A DNA stretch of 63,889 nucleotides, filler included, from Sphacelaria rigidula (taxonomy: Eukaryota), in the NCBI GenBank assembly GCA_964200075.2. It is 9 parts of 9 records of this genome, joined end to end, with 100 filler letters (N's around TTAATTAATTAA, not from the genome) between each part and the next. Parts side by side here need not be neighbours in the genome. Positions count along the whole stretch, not along the records: positions 42,663 to 49,671 come from CAXNAA020016972.1; positions 49,772 to 56,780 come from CAXNAA020016973.1; positions 56,881 to 63,889 come from CAXNAA020016974.1; 6 more parts are not named here. The stretch is one strand, 5' to 3'. Below are positions 47,581 through 62,129 of the stretch, one piece after another. The first letter of the stretch is position 1. Every line of letters begins with the position of its first letter. Below the pieces are notes generated by a model, which saw only the letters and a list, made by a program, of their open reading frames with translations, made no database searches and was not told the DNA's origin. A program made the translations under genes and the position numbers.

Positions 47581-50500
47581 ATGGGGCTCCGCCGGCGGTA
47601 AGCAAATACGCGTTTTGTGCTCATCTTCAAAATCGAGCTCTAATGGATATCCAAGGGTGGCGCCACGCGGGCAAGGTGGAATTTTGGCACTTCCTGGACA
47701 ATAGACAATCCAAAATAGTACGCAACACGCTGACACCTTACGCAGTAGTTTTTTTCATCCGTTGTAACTATTGATTGTCTCTTCTCCAATGTGTGAATTT
47801 TTCATACCCTGGACAGAAGAATACACAGTCAAAAAGTGTACTGCGTACAGTATCGACTATGGGGCTTATTGCAATGGACAATAGATTCCATACTGCACGC
47901 AGTACATTTTTTTGACAATATAATGTAGTGTTCAGGGTGTGGAATGTTTGCCCAGAAAATAGGGGGGAAACAGTGCATCAACTGATACAGTACACGCATA
48001 TATGAATATATAAAGCACATCCTCTTCAGTGTCATCTACTGGGGGTGTTGCTCACACTCAATGCTTCCCACTGGCGGTCGTGCTGCGGCAGCAAGGCCCT
48101 GCAGATCAGCCACGTTTACACGTACACGTACAATAATGACGATAGTATAACAAATCAATGGAAAATGACAGTAAAACGTGCGCATTCGGTGAGTAAAGCT
48201 CTGCGCAGCCATATACGTATATTGGAAGACGAAACACTCTGCAAATGTGAACGGGCGATGAGTTCTCCACAAATACTTGTGGGAATTTGTCCGTCTATTT
48301 GGTGGTGTCCACATCTGTGCCCCCTTCGCGAGCTTTTTCGTGCGTTTTTTTGACGAGGAGAGGTTTGTAGGGGAAGCCTTCTTCGACCAGCAGCGGTGAG
48401 GCATATATCTTGCATATCCTGCACCTTTCTTTACATATCTCTTGCGTGCATTGGGTCCCCAAGCCAACAAACTCCGCAGAAGAGCTGTCCGTGAGGCTGA
48501 ATACTCCGCTATCAAAGAGTTGGTCTCCCGCCGTTTTTCTGGTATCCCACCATTTTTTCTCAAACACGTTCTAGTGACTACTCGCGTGTTCCGGGACATC
48601 GCCATTAGTATTGTGCAAGCTCTAACAGCAGATGATAACCCTCTGCGCGTGCTAATTGAGGGGTATAGGACACTATCTTCCCGGGTTGTCGGTAGTCTCG
48701 TCAAGAAAAACGCAAGGCATCACCAGTTCGGGTAGGTTGTAGTCTTTTCATCCATCGGTACCGGTCACACGTTTAGATTCCGCAAATGGCTCATACGTCG
48801 GATAAAAAACCCTTTCTCGCTGAAATTGATCGGGCAAACGATGCGATGATTTCATCCCTAGGAAAGGGAATGGGGTAACAAGGGCTTAAGGCCGTTATTG
48901 TCGACACAGTTTTTTGGGAGATCGCCAAGATTTTAGGCGTTTTCGCACCTTTTTTCCAACCTTCTCCCGAAATTAAGGGGCGAGATTTTTTTGCCAAGCC
49001 TTCACGTTTGGCGATAGTCTAGTATTTCGGACACCAGCACAATTCTCCGCAGAGCTGCCCTTGGCGCACGCCGCGGCGCTCGCAAGCATGCGAGAATCAT
49101 CAGGAACCTCGCTAGTGTCACCCTGGGCTATGTCGTAGAGAAAAAAGCACCGCCGGTTGGTGGTATCTATCCCCTTAGACGGTGTGTGCCCCGGCAGCGG
49201 TGTTGGAGCTGTTGGGGCCAAGCACGGTGGTCGTCGTTTGCAGACATACGCACTTTCGAAGCGAAGAGAGCAGAAACAATCCAGTAGCTACTTACTTGCC
49301 TGCAGTGCTGCTACGAGGGTACCCTACCGTACTGTCTGAAAAGTGTATTGCTGGTGGTTTGATTGGGTGTATCTGCGAATACAACTCACAGAAAGAAAGC
49401 ATGCAGCAATCTATGCACGGGGCGTTCTACAATCGGTATTTTTACTCATGTGTGCTGCTGCAGCATCCCGAGACAGCCGGTCGATCACGCCCTAGCCTGT
49501 CCGACTGCCCCCCCGTGCCACAGAGAGGTTGCGATAAATATGTTTACCACAGTTATGAACGCCATACACGAGCAGGTAGCGTAACCCTGTCCTTTATTTT
49601 GCCGGCGAAGGCAAGCAAACGACGAGATCAGCACGATCTGTAATGAGATATCCAACACCAACAGTAGATCTNNNNNNNNNNNNNNNNNNNNNNNNNNNNN
49701 NNNNNNNNNNNNNNNTTAATTAATTAANNNNNNNNNNNNNNNNNNNNNNNNNNNNNNNNNNNNNNNNNNNNAAGTGTGGGGAAAGCACTGTTTTAGGCTT
49801 GAGCCTCATCTCGAAGTTAAACCTCAATTCTCACAATTTGTTGTTCTATGTTGATTCAAGCTTTGCAATTTCCGTTCACGACAAATCGGCTCGCATGGTA
49901 TCGTGCCTTGTAGCATGTATGCACAACCAGTATGGCATTACGGTCACACGAGCAGTTTCGTGAATTCGCGAAGTATCCAGAGAATAAAAATGACCTTCTT
50001 TTACCGTTGCATCCGTAGCCATGCATGAGATACTCTAGCAAGTGATTCGCGTTCCTGGAAGTATATGCTGTACTCGTTACTACTTGTAGCCGACAACATC
50101 CCGATAGCTCCTGTGTATCTTTTCCGCAGGCAGTTCGTTAACTCCCATCTGCTGGTTGATATCGCATTGAGTAGTTTCACTCAGGCAACACGACCATTAC
50201 TACCTCATGTTTCCCCACAGTATATAGTATCCAATAGACAGTACGCGGCAGAGGTTCTTCTGCATGCATAGTCCGACATTTGATATTCGATGGTGATTCG
50301 GAATAGTTTTGTTCCCATAGTGAAAGCACATTACTCATGCACTGTTAGACTGAAAAGTGAACGAATTCATCGGGGAGATGGAGCAGGCCGTAATCAGTCA
50401 GTACCGTCATCTCGTACAGCCATATTGTAACAGCATCACAATAAATAAGGCGGTAGCATGTCGTAAAACCCAAGGGTGTTATCGCAACTCAATGTGTGGA

Positions 50501-53500
50501 GACACAGGCGATTTTTTTTAATTCAGCGGGTCTTGTCGAGTTTGAGTATTTGTGGAGCAGTATATATATATATTTGTACCGTGGTTCCATTTCAGTCAGC
50601 TGTATGAAACTCCAAAAATCATAGCGTACAGCGACAGCAGCGTCAGTTGTGAACAAGTCTAACGTTAGTCCGTCCAGCAGCGCACGAAGATAGATTAGAC
50701 TCGAATTAGGAAGAGTGCAACTGGTATTTACTGTCAACCTCGTCTGTATACATCATCCCGTTTCTGGTGTGCAAACGTGATGAAAACTCCCGTGTGGTAA
50801 ATACAGTAAGCACAAGCTTGATGGGTGAAGACGGCATAGTGTTGTGTTGCTCTTTTCAGCTGCATCACATAGCAGGAAGCACACAGCAGCTGTTGCATGG
50901 AAAGATTTAGTAAAACAGTCTAGAGAGTCATAAAGTCCTAGCATCCACCGTGACTCTACTCATTCAGGTCTACACGACAAGATTTGACCTGTCGCGGCTA
51001 TAAAGCAAGCATGAAGCTGTCTCATCTCACAGCTCCTTGCACGATCAGCTTTCACATTTCGATCCCGTGCACTCACCCGTGAGGGCAAGGTTTTATTTCA
51101 AGGCGTAAGGGAGATCACACCGCTTCAACGGTTTCATTGCTGTTTGCGAAATATTTGACCTGCCACCGCGTGTAAGCAAGCATAGCATGACACGGTCTTT
51201 TACGTGGTCGCAGGCGATACCCCACCTAGCTTCATGTAACATCATGTTTCCCTGTATGTAGTGATTCCCTGCCTGCTTGTAGGTGAGCCTATTGTATAAC
51301 GCACGCATACTCCGGACTCACGCGCATTCCCCAATTCATTCACACGCTGTCTGGCTTCCATGCTGGCATAGTGTATAATGTCTATAATTATTACTTTCGT
51401 TGTTCAGTTCCAGCCAACCGCCTGGTCGGTTTCTTTTCGATATATATATCGGCAAAAGGAATGTGTGGAACCCGTAGACCCTCAAGACCAGAAGCCCTGC
51501 CCAGACAAACGCAGCCTTGTCTGATGGTAGTCATAGCATGCACGGACAGACAAACCGCGTTGGAATTTTATTGTCGATAGGTGCAGAGTGGACAAACAAC
51601 GGGAGATGGTGTAGTGTCCGTCTGGTGGCCTCGTGCAGGTATCTTGTCTCGCAGCACTCTCCGTTGCTGCCCAATCGTGGCAGTGTTGAGTTGATCACCC
51701 CAGCTAGGGTGAACATGGGTAAATGGTCCCATTCCTTGAGTTATTGATGACTGATGGTGGATCATCCTTGATTCACCGTGCTATTTCCGTTCGATAATAT
51801 GGAGCGGGTAATCGAAAAGGTGTGTACATTCTAGTAGACACTGTCATAATTGCTACACACTAGTACAACGTACACCAGCAAGGGCTAGTTGCACTACCCA
51901 CTGGTCGCGCGACAGGAGCATCACGTTAGACTGTCGACCGTTTTAGAACGGAAACGTTCACCTCTCAACCCTCATATATATCGCGGACCATAACCGATGA
52001 TTGTTTGCTGGGTTTCTTCAAAAGTTGTGAACATAACTAAACTACACGGTTGGGTCTGGTCTTTAATTAGTATCGGAGCAGATATCCCCCAGCCCTCGAA
52101 CTATCCCGCAGGGAGAACTGCGAGAAATGTACATCCATTTTTCACAACAGTGAACCTCCCACAACTCAATGACCTGCCCCCCCTGACCGGGGGGTGCCGC
52201 GCTTCGTCCATTCAAACTTCGCAACTTCCCGTTAATGACAATTGTCTGCTCAGTCTGTCGGCAGGCGTAATTCATAATTTGATAGAGACTCGCTAAGGCA
52301 GGTCGTGATATGTTTTAGGGTTTGGTAGACGGAACGTTTTGATCTACCGCGCGTCGTTAGTTTTAACCGCCACCTTCTTTACATCATTTTTACCAGATAC
52401 GCGGTAGCACTGTGAACCTGCATGCACATGGCGAGTAACGGTACGCGGCGGGGTTGTGAAGCCGCATCACAGTCAACATGTCAGGTTTTGAAGTACGGCC
52501 CTTCAAGCATGGCTGGCGTTGGTGAACGGCTGATGTAGCGTCACCACAACCTGACTGCCCGCCTGGATGCGCTACGGTATTTTTTATCGTAAAGCTATAC
52601 AGAAGCAGCGGTACCGAATTTCAGTGCATTTTAATACAGCTCAGTCACTCAATTACCGTGTGATAACATGGGTATGGTCCTGTGTACATAACCAGTTTGC
52701 CCAGATGCAAGTGTGGGGTAATTGACAGGGGTCTGACCGCCTGGTGTACAGAAGTAGGCATACCGAAGATGTACCGCGCCCGAATCTGCTTAATTAATTA
52801 GCGTGTGAAGCTCGCATGTCACGTCAACCTTCCCAAAACCGATCGGGATGACCCAAGGTGAATGGAAAGAAGCGCGGCTATAGTGGAGTGTTTACTTGGC
52901 GTTGACTTCAATTTGAAGACCCTTCCACAATCAGCCTGAGAACTAAACCATGGAACATCTTGTTTCCCTACTGTCTCACAGCAAAAGCCTTCAAGCCCTC
53001 TCAGGTGTCGAAGCTTTTCCTGTCCGTTCTGTTGCGTTGCGTTCACGAATCGCGAACACAGTTTTGGATTGCATGAGCAGCGATACTGTCTTCGTGTTCG
53101 TCCCTACCGACCAATCTTAGTCGCACGCAGTCCTGTCTACACTTCTGTTGAAAACTTCGTGGGTATGTGGACTCTTTCATATTTGGCGAGACGAACAACG
53201 TTCTGTCGTGCTAGTGCCGTGCGTTGGGCACCTGTACTGTAATATAGTTGCAACAGTCAGTACAGTCTGCAGAAAGGATGAATTTGATATCACCACCCCT
53301 CATTTTGGAATAATTCAACCGTACTTGGCGAAGATAACCTCATTTTTTTTCATTGTTTCCCGTGATCCCTGTTTCATTCGAGCGCTATCGCAGATTCACA
53401 GGTATCTCACTGTAACTTCAACATGATGGCTAAAGTAAACACAACGTTGCTCCTAAAAGCTGCATCGCGCGGCTATCACCGAGCGCACCGCAGCTGTTGG

Positions 53501-53827
53501 GTAGGGTGGATTTGACAACCGGTGCAGCGGCATAAAGATCCAAACATCCTCATTTGGGACCTGTCTAAACAATCTATTCCACTGGATCCGGCTCTTGCTC
53601 GAAGTAGCACTCGTGTCACTCAAAGCATGAAGCGAGGTGCGGCATTTCGGTTTTCCCACTAAAACCAAACGGGAGGGTATAACAGCAGCATCGGCTTGGT
53701 GTGTAACGCACACATCGGCGCTATCCCAATCAACAGCTCACATCAGCAGTTGCTTGCTGTGAATACCCCCCCTAATTGTTTCGGTTCTTCGCCCCATCGC
53801 TGCCACTAAAATCTGATAACGTTCGAG

Positions 53828-54258
53828 GTAACACCGACCCGCTGGGTCAGTGTCGCGCATTAGCCGACAGTGATGCGGTGATGCATAGTTCATTTAACCG
53901 GTGCGGCGTTCACGTACAACAGGGCAATTTTTGCTAATGGGTGTAGCCAGCGCCACGTTGCTCCTGCCAGCTGTATCACGCGTCAAAAACCGTGCGCGCA
54001 GCTGTGTTGCATTTAAAGGATACAACGAGCGGTGCCATTAATCTCTGGCAACATTTGATGTAACACCGACCCAATGTGCAAGTGTCGCGCGTTAGCGGAC
54101 GGTAATTATGTGGGGCATAGTTCATTTAACCGGTGCGGTTTCACGTGTAACAATACAGTGTGCAACATAATGGGTGCATACAGCGCTACATTGCTCCTGC
54201 CAGCTGTATCACGCGTCAAAAACCGTGCGCGCAGCTGTTGCATTTAAAGGATACAACG
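53828..54258. repeat. ~232-bp tandem duplication
   Basis: GTAACACCGACCC...GGATACAACG at 53828 and 54060. Confidence 0.9.
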
Positions 54259-55589
54259 TGTAGAGACTCATGCCTTCCGACATCAACTCTGCGCTTCCTG
54301 CTCAATCAAGAATAGCTGAAGATTCTGACTCTAATCTGTAAGAGCATCGAATCGAACTGCGTGGGCGGCACGCCGTTTTACTTTACTCAAATGGCATCGC
54401 GCACAGGACTAGCGCATAGCCACCTCCGAGGTCACGCTGTGAGCGATATCGCTACGCTAACGTTGTGGACACGCATCTTCAAGCGATGAAAGCACACCCG
54501 GATGGAACTTAGTCTTGAGGTTCATCTCGTAGCCTCAGCTCATGTATCAATTCATATTTCGGTTGAGTCTCCGTCGACATACAATATCCTGAGATCATAC
54601 TGTTGTTTATATGGGTATGGGCCCACTGACTCGCGTCATTGGCGGCGCATTTACAATCTCCGCTCATTACAGCAGTACGCACGCCTAACGTAAATTCCCG
54701 CCTGAGCAGCATTGTATCTGGCAGTTATTTTTGCGGAGTACCAGTCATGGTCAAGAGTACATTGATCATTTTCAATAATCCGACTGCTTGCGTCTCTTCA
54801 CCTTACCCAAGCACGATGGGAACCACTCTAGTGGTCTCCGTAGCTTGAATACTCATGTGTCGTCGTAAGCGTGAGCACGAGCGCGTCGCTCCCAGCGCGC
54901 ATCACCCAGCGCGCATCATGATGGCTGATTATTTGTTTTGTCACGTGATGCCCTTGCTAACTTATGGCGAGGTGGTGAAAACGCACATGTTTTGCTCTCT
55001 TAATTAATATGAAAATTGAATATCTCAGTGAACATCTTCTTGAAGATTTTACCTACCCTGGCTTGAGCCGCACCGCAGATGATATGATCGAACACAATAG
55101 TCCCGGTAAGAAGCGCTATGATACAAGTAAACGACAGCCTCCAGTTGTTGTCAGCATTTGCTCAACTCTACAGTGCAGGGTGATCACTGAACTAGGCAAA
55201 TAACAAAACGTCGGTCAACGATTACGAAATTTCACTATTTCGGGTGGGACCTTTCATTCTACTTATTATTTGACTGCCATCCATTCGTGCACGAGTTCGT
55301 TCATATTCATTTACTACAGGTCGATCCCTTCACATCTGTTCATAAAGTACTCAAGCTCCAAACCGTCTCACCCTTGTTCTTGTACAATCGTAAGCTCACA
55401 GCACATGGGGAGACAGTCCAACGCAGTACAGTACACGTCGATCGTCAGGATATCCTTGTTCACAGCTTCAGGTGATTCGATTTGTTTCGTTCCTTGGTGG
55501 TGTTGAAACCAGAGTCTTCTCGAGAAGTTCTGAACACCAGGGCATCATAGCATTGCACCGATTCTTAGAAAGAATCGGATTCAACCAGA

Positions 55590-56642
55590 TGTAAGAGGCC
55601 TGTTTTTATGTACTCCGTGTCTTGACGGATTACTCAACATCCTCACCCCTGACCGTAGGTACTAGCCAGTTCCCGCGATCAGCCCTCCGGGGGCGTATCT
55701 TCATTCCGAATCAACGGCCCATCATTGTACTGTCCCCCTTTCCACCGCATCACGCCGCGATCCGTAACACCCCCCCTCAGTCCTACGATTGAAAACCCTG
55801 GGACTGACGTGATTCATACGATGGATCGCCGCGTTACCATGTCCCTCTTCCGAGTGCTCAGCGTCAGGGTGTAGCCGTCGATCTTGATAATCGTTCTGCC
55901 GGGTTAGACCACGTAGGGAATTTAAACACCGTGCAGGACGATCCCTTCCAGTCCGGAGGCGTCCTTGATCTTGTTGACCGCTCTACCGGGTCAGATCACG
56001 TAGGGAATTTAAACATCATGCAGAACGATCCCTTTTCCCCATTAACTAGATCCTGAAGCGGCTCTAGTACCCTGTTCCTCCACCGCATTTTTCCGCACCT
56101 CCGACGGCGTCATCTCTTCCCAGTCCCCACCCTCATACTTGATAACGGTAATACGGTCGACGGAAGTCGAACACTTCCCCGTTGAACTCCTGCCGCTCAC
56201 CTTTGTTGTCCACAAACTGTTTACGTATTCTGGTCCCTCGAGGAATGAGTTGCAAAGCTTCATCCCGAGCGAAAGAGTTTCTTTCCGCTCGAGATGGGTT
56301 AACGGATGGGCGCGGTTTGGTTTGTGGGTTATATAGTTCCCACAAAGCATGAAACACTTCCAACTGTAGCCCATTGAAACTGTCAAAAACTTCCTCCTCT
56401 GAAAGCCAGTGAGACTCGTTTCCGTCATGAAACAACCCACGATAGGCCCACTCCCAGGATGATCCTGATCCTAACACCACTTTCCCATCTGTCAATGTGC
56501 ACAGTTGCGGAACGGTCGTGATCTCCTCAGCTAACCCCAAAATTTTCATCGGCGGCGTCCTGCTGTCACTAGGGTTTGCTGCCCTCAGAAATCCTGCTCC
56601 TTGCCGCTGTAGTTTGCCCGATATGTTCCCCCAAATCACCAA
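55590..56642 (-). mobile_element. 3' remnant of a probable LTR retrotransposon with C-terminal Tudor-like domain
   Basis: ORF 56642 to 56042 with one frameshift, an 86-bp tandem in the UTR, PPT GAGGGGGGG (55770-55778) directly followed by TGTTAC. Putative LTR 55769 to 55590 ending CTTACA (end uncertain). Confidence 0.6.
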
Positions 56643-56880
56643 AGACTTTCACCACTGCTTTGATGCATAGCTCCCCCCCCCCCTGCCCCGGTGTCCAGCA
56701 ACACCGTTACTGGTGAGCGGTGGCTACTCTTGCTGTGGTGCCAAACTTCAGCTTGTACCCACAGCTGTTGTGCATCGTTCNNNNNNNNNNNNNNNNNNNN
56801 NNNNNNNNNNNNNNNNNNNNNNNNTTAATTAATTAANNNNNNNNNNNNNNNNNNNNNNNNNNNNNNNNNNNNNNNNNNNN

Positions 56881-57003
56881 CGAAAACCCGGCGTGCTCCG
56901 TCCCCGCTTTGTAGGGATGCGAGGTCAATGGTCTTAATCTTATGGCATGCATGATCATAAGTACACCCCCCCTGTAGGTCAATCATGCATGATCATAAGT
57001 ACG
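56881..57003 (+). mobile_element. SINE family C 3' part with re-duplicated tail
   Basis: Tail+C7, then a second CATGCATGATCATAAGTAC. Confidence 0.8.
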
Positions 57004-58507
57004 CTATACACTTTTTGACAATGTAACGTATTGTCCAGGGTGTGATACAGATACATAGGATGTATGGGCGCTGCCTTGACCAACATTGCCCGATTTTGCC
57101 GCGAAAAGCATGTACTGTCAGCAAACACTCCCTCGATAAAACAGAATTTTGCTCGGTATTTATTGTCCCGACAAGAAAAGGTTGGGAAACGCGTCCCGAG
57201 CGCGGCCTGTTTTTCCTTCCAATGCCTACCGATGTTTCAAACTTTCGAGGGCAGGCGACAAATCATCTATGAAAAAAAATCTTAATTGGATAAGAATATG
57301 ACAATTTGACCTTGTACCTACCTACTTACCTACCCTGTACGATCTACGGGTCTTTACACACAGTTACATATCTACTCGAATCGATATTCGTGTTGTACAC
57401 CACTTTCGAGGTTTCGGCGCTGCGTGCTGCGTGCTGCCGCTGCCTTCGTCCACTCACCGGTGCTCGCTTTTTTTTGGGGCCCGGCTTTTTTTTCTTCTTT
57501 TCCACGTCTTCAGCTTGCTCCGCCGCCTCCACCTTGAGGTCGCCTCCACCCTCTTGTGAAACCTGGACGGACGATAACCTACACATGGATGATGACCGAA
57601 TTCCCTGCGTAGCAGAAAGATACCTGCCGTCGGCGATCCAGCGATGGAACGCGAGGGGGGTGGGCGGGGATCGGGGGAGACGAGCACGTTTCAACGATCA
57701 TTGTGGTATGACCAGGAGGTGTAAAGTGATCAGTGACAGAAAGCAGTAAATCTGAAAGGGTGGGTGGGTGGGGTACAGTATTTCCTACATGTGAGTATTT
57801 AGACAAATCTCACTCTACAGTACCCAGATATTTCGGGAGAGTTCGGAGATCGAACCATCGAACCACGCAGCACAAAATTCGGGAGAATAAATACCCCGGT
57901 ATTTACCCCACCCAACACACCTTTCCAGTGTTACAGGGTACCCAGGGTATGAACTGCCGAAGATACCCAGTATTCCGGAGTACTCAGGGTATTGACACCT
58001 CAACACTAGGCAATCTGGGGTGCACGTCTGATACAGTACTTGCTAGTATATATTTTCTGGACCATGTTACATATACAGTATAAGCCCCCTCTCCTCCAAT
58101 CATTGGACCCTGTAGCAAGAAATAAACGCAAATTCTTGATCTTCGCCCAAAAGTTAGTTCGCGCTGTGATTGTTGGAAAAATATCGTACAATTCAATTTT
58201 CAGGCTTGTCGCGGATCAGGTGAGTCCCAGTGCGGGTTCCGAACTCCATACACCGCGTGTTCTGAAGTGCTGTAGACACGCCAGCCGATTTTAGAACCCG
58301 GTACAGTAATTTATGTATATTTCCATATATTATATATTGTAGCCTATGCTTTGCAAGTGCGTTGGGTACGATTTCATCGCCCGGCATGTATGTTGTATCG
58401 GCTCTACAGCAAAAATCGAAAGTGCGTTTGTATGGATAATACAGTGGAAATGGACGATGACCAAGCACCACCGACACGCCATATTCTCGGTTGTGTAGAC
58501 AGTAGCC

Positions 58508-58862
58508 GGTCGCCCCGGTGGCTCAGTTGGTAACCTCGAGACTTTCCGACGGCTGGGTCGTGGTTTTGAACCCCGGTGCAGTTACACGATCAGGGATTTT
58601 TTCTCACACCATGCCCAATAGTGGAGAGCGACTCTGTCGTGGGCACACAAAGTTCGACTCCATGGTCGATGAGGGAAAGCGACCGCTGAACCCCTCTCGC
58701 GAAAAAAAGGAAGGCAAGCACCGCGGAAGGAAGGTGGAGAACTACAAGAAACTAAAAAAAAAAAAACTGTTGGTCTTCCTCCTGTGTGACCCCAGCTGAA
58801 TCGTCCACATACACTGAACGGTTTAGTCTGGCGTCCAGAATAGATGGGATGACAAACACAGT
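58508..58862 (+). mobile_element. tRNA-derived SINE family B, full length
   Basis: GCCCCGGTGGCTCAGTTGG A box, degenerate B box, shared body. Confidence 0.85.
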
Positions 58863-61732
58863 GCACAGATAGTGTGAGGTGTCGATTCACAGCACGAGTG
58901 AGACATTGATCGAAAGCTTTACTGACAGGCTTCTCGCCGATGTCGGTAACACTCAAGCATTTATAGTTGGTGTCGAGGAAACGTAACGAAACAACTCGTT
59001 TCTTATCCCTCCGGGAACCCTCCCCTTCCGTCCCCGGGCCAGACGCCTCGTTATTTCAAGCCCTGACAAAGGATACAAGATGGGAGCAGAAACGACCGAC
59101 GGCAACCGATTTCACGGCAGCGGAAAGCCACAGAAGAATTTACTATTGATAGCGTACGTCGTGCGCGCACCAAAAATGTCACCCCGGTGCGGTCGGATTA
59201 GTTTTTGTGTATTGAAGGGGACGCAACGGGTCACGTTTGTTCAAGCTTGTGCACACAGCCAAAATTAGCACTTGCGTGCCTGAAGTCTACACAAACAAAA
59301 ATCGGCACCACCTCGCTATTTTCTATATACCGAGTCCCGTGCCCAACTCGGGCACATTTTTTTCATGGATCTGAAAAACACGAATCGGGCTGATAGTTTT
59401 GCGTGAAAAAGCTGTAAAAACTCAACCGTAAGTCGTTCGAAAAACAGCACCTCAGCATCCACACTCTTCCATCGCCAGCACCAAAAGAGTTAATTATTCC
59501 AATTTTTAATGTGTTTGGGAACACCTGGCTTACCCCGTGCACAGGTCGTCAATGTCTGCGTTGGACAGCGCTTGACGAGAGCTTTCATTCGATACAAGTT
59601 TTGACGTGGGGCTCGTAGCCGTACCGAAGATAAAAATTAAACAATGCCTCGACAGAAAAGTGATTTCCGTCATTTTGGTCGTTTTGTTTCACTTGTTGGT
59701 CGCCAAGTTCCATAGTTGACACCTGCTTTTTCGTTGAAAAGTCTAAGAAAATTCTACCGAACCCAAAAGACACTCGGCTGCTTCATTGCTTCAATGGGAC
59801 GAATACATTAGACTCGAACTTATGTAGGAAAGGGGACGTACCCTGAGATTATTTTTCTCAAGGGTATCCAGAGTACCCAGTACTCTACGAGTACGGTAGG
59901 CACGGTATTTATTGCGACCGGCATTGTCACTACTACAGGGTATCGATATCCAGAAGTAGTCAGTATTGGTAGGTTTTGTAACTAGGGCGTCGACACTACA
60001 ACTCCGTCGACTCTGCACCCCACCCGACCCCGCGCACCTTTGCGATCTTGTAGTTCGGAGCTGTGAGCACCATACTCTAATATAGTTTGAACGGGACTCG
60101 GCGCTCAACACCCCCGCACCCAATTGGGACCGCGGTGCCTGATGGCATCATGAACAGTAAGACAGTACAACGGTGTTCGTCGGATTATGCTGTTTCGAGG
60201 CCACACCCGACTCCACGCAACGGATCAGTCTGCAGCACCGACCGGCATCGCGCCCCAAATCCGTCCACATATGGCTTGACTAGCTCATCACGAACCCTGA
60301 CACGAACCCTATGCCTATCACAAACGCTCGCCGGGGATGCGCGGCTCTGAGCTACCATTTGTACGCAGAAAGAGGACAGACAGCGTAGTTTGTGTAGCTG
60401 CTGCGGGGCAACATGAACAATCGCATGATTCATGTCCGCAGTATACAACAACAATAGTGGAAGTACATGCTGACACGTCAACTACATGTGTAACACACGT
60501 TTGAATGTACTGTCGGACAGGCCAAAGGTACCAAAACACAATGCTTCTTGCCAGAGAGCGGGACGGACTCTGTTGCCCAACTTCCCCGTACCAACTCTAA
60601 ACCTTCCATTCAAGCCGCTGTTCGTTAGCCACACACTTGCACACATCTACTCTCCTCACCTCAGCATGCTCGCACCCCGCCGATGCGATGGTCCTCCAAA
60701 CATGGTAACATGACCATGTCGCCGTTGTTGTTGGACCTGGCGTCGGGCAATCCCACCGCTGCTAGGTGGCGCAAATCCCTCACTACCTACAGCTGCCAAC
60801 CCCAATGCTCCGAGATGAGCGAAAGACGCCCGCATGGTGACCTATCTCCTCTCAGTTCCCAATATGGCACGGGAGACTGGACAGCACAGGCAGACAGCAC
60901 CGCAGGATTGCCTGTATGCGGCTGAGGGAATTTCTGTTGCACTAGTCAGTACAGAGAGCACAGAGAGTACCGTAACACCTGCACGAGACCGAACAATACG
61001 GCACAATCTTCGTTTATTGCTGTCTGCGAGCCTGCAATGCAATCTCTTATTATCATGGAGATAATACCATTCCTGTGGTTTCAAGATAGCACAATGGCCC
61101 TGGGATGGGTGAGGCAACCCAGTGACAGTCCTATCTTTGCGAGGAGTCTTTTAGTCTTGGTACAGAAAGTAGGCTCAAAACGTGTCATTTCTCATTCAAA
61201 ACACACATGTCATTTTCCAAACTTGTTGCTTACCCATCATCTTTTCCCACTGGTTTTATCGATTCATCTGTCTTTCCCATCTTGATATTTTCATCATTTA
61301 CAGAATCTAGATGTAAAATTTAATTAATGGTAATATTCAAGGAATATACATGATTATGAGGCGAGCTTCGGATCGCTGACCCGCCTGTGACCGCGGGTCT
61401 GCAACCTCAACTCAGTAAATTTTCCAAGAAAACAAAATAATGTGGTGTAGAGGACAGTACGAAGTACTCCGGAGTAATACAGTATACCCAAATTTTAACC
61501 AATGAGACAACACTTTTGCTCGAGCTTTTGGGTGTTACAAATATCTGCACCCGTTAAAATATGCTTATAATTTGTCTGCACCAAATCACAGCGGCTTTCG
61601 ACCGTTGCTCCCTTAGATATCTTTCCCGTCCATGGGGAAGAGAATGATTGGACGGGAGTTATAATTTTATTTAATTCAATGCGCATGATACCCGGCCGTG
61701 GTCGTGAGCCGCATCCGTTGCATACTCTCCAG

Positions 61733-62129
61733 TCAAAGTTTACACATGGTGGCACCTGCATCTCCCGCACGATCCTCGAAGGAACAGGAAAACAATGAAA
61801 AAGGTGGTACGAAATCTAGCAAAAAAAAAAGTAGCGGGAAAAAGCATAGGAGCAAGAAAAAAGCACAGCTGGCATCGCTATTGACGACACGACCTGATGT
61901 AGCCCTTGGCGAAGCCGGCACCACACCCTTTGAGGCAGTAGAGCATAAACAACGACATGAACCACAACACCAACACCACCGACAAGAAGGAGAAGAAGAG
62001 GTGAAGGAGATGGTAGAGGAGGAGAAGCCTGCGTTGAGAAAGGTTCTTGAGGATTGCCGTGATAGGGCTGCGGATGTGCGGGAAAAAATTGAAGCTCTGG
62101 CTTTGCGTGCTGCCAAGGAAGCTGAAGAG
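61733..62129 (+). CDS. Exon of an unknown protein (K/E-rich, helical)
   Basis: TCCAG acceptor, GAG|GTGGGT donor, open and protein-like frame. Confidence 0.65.

Noticed and set aside
58508-58580. Functional tRNA gene (also 231-300, 8385-8453, 35929-36000)
   Set aside because: No intact cloverleaf; each is fused to a shared repeat body, so these are SINE heads.
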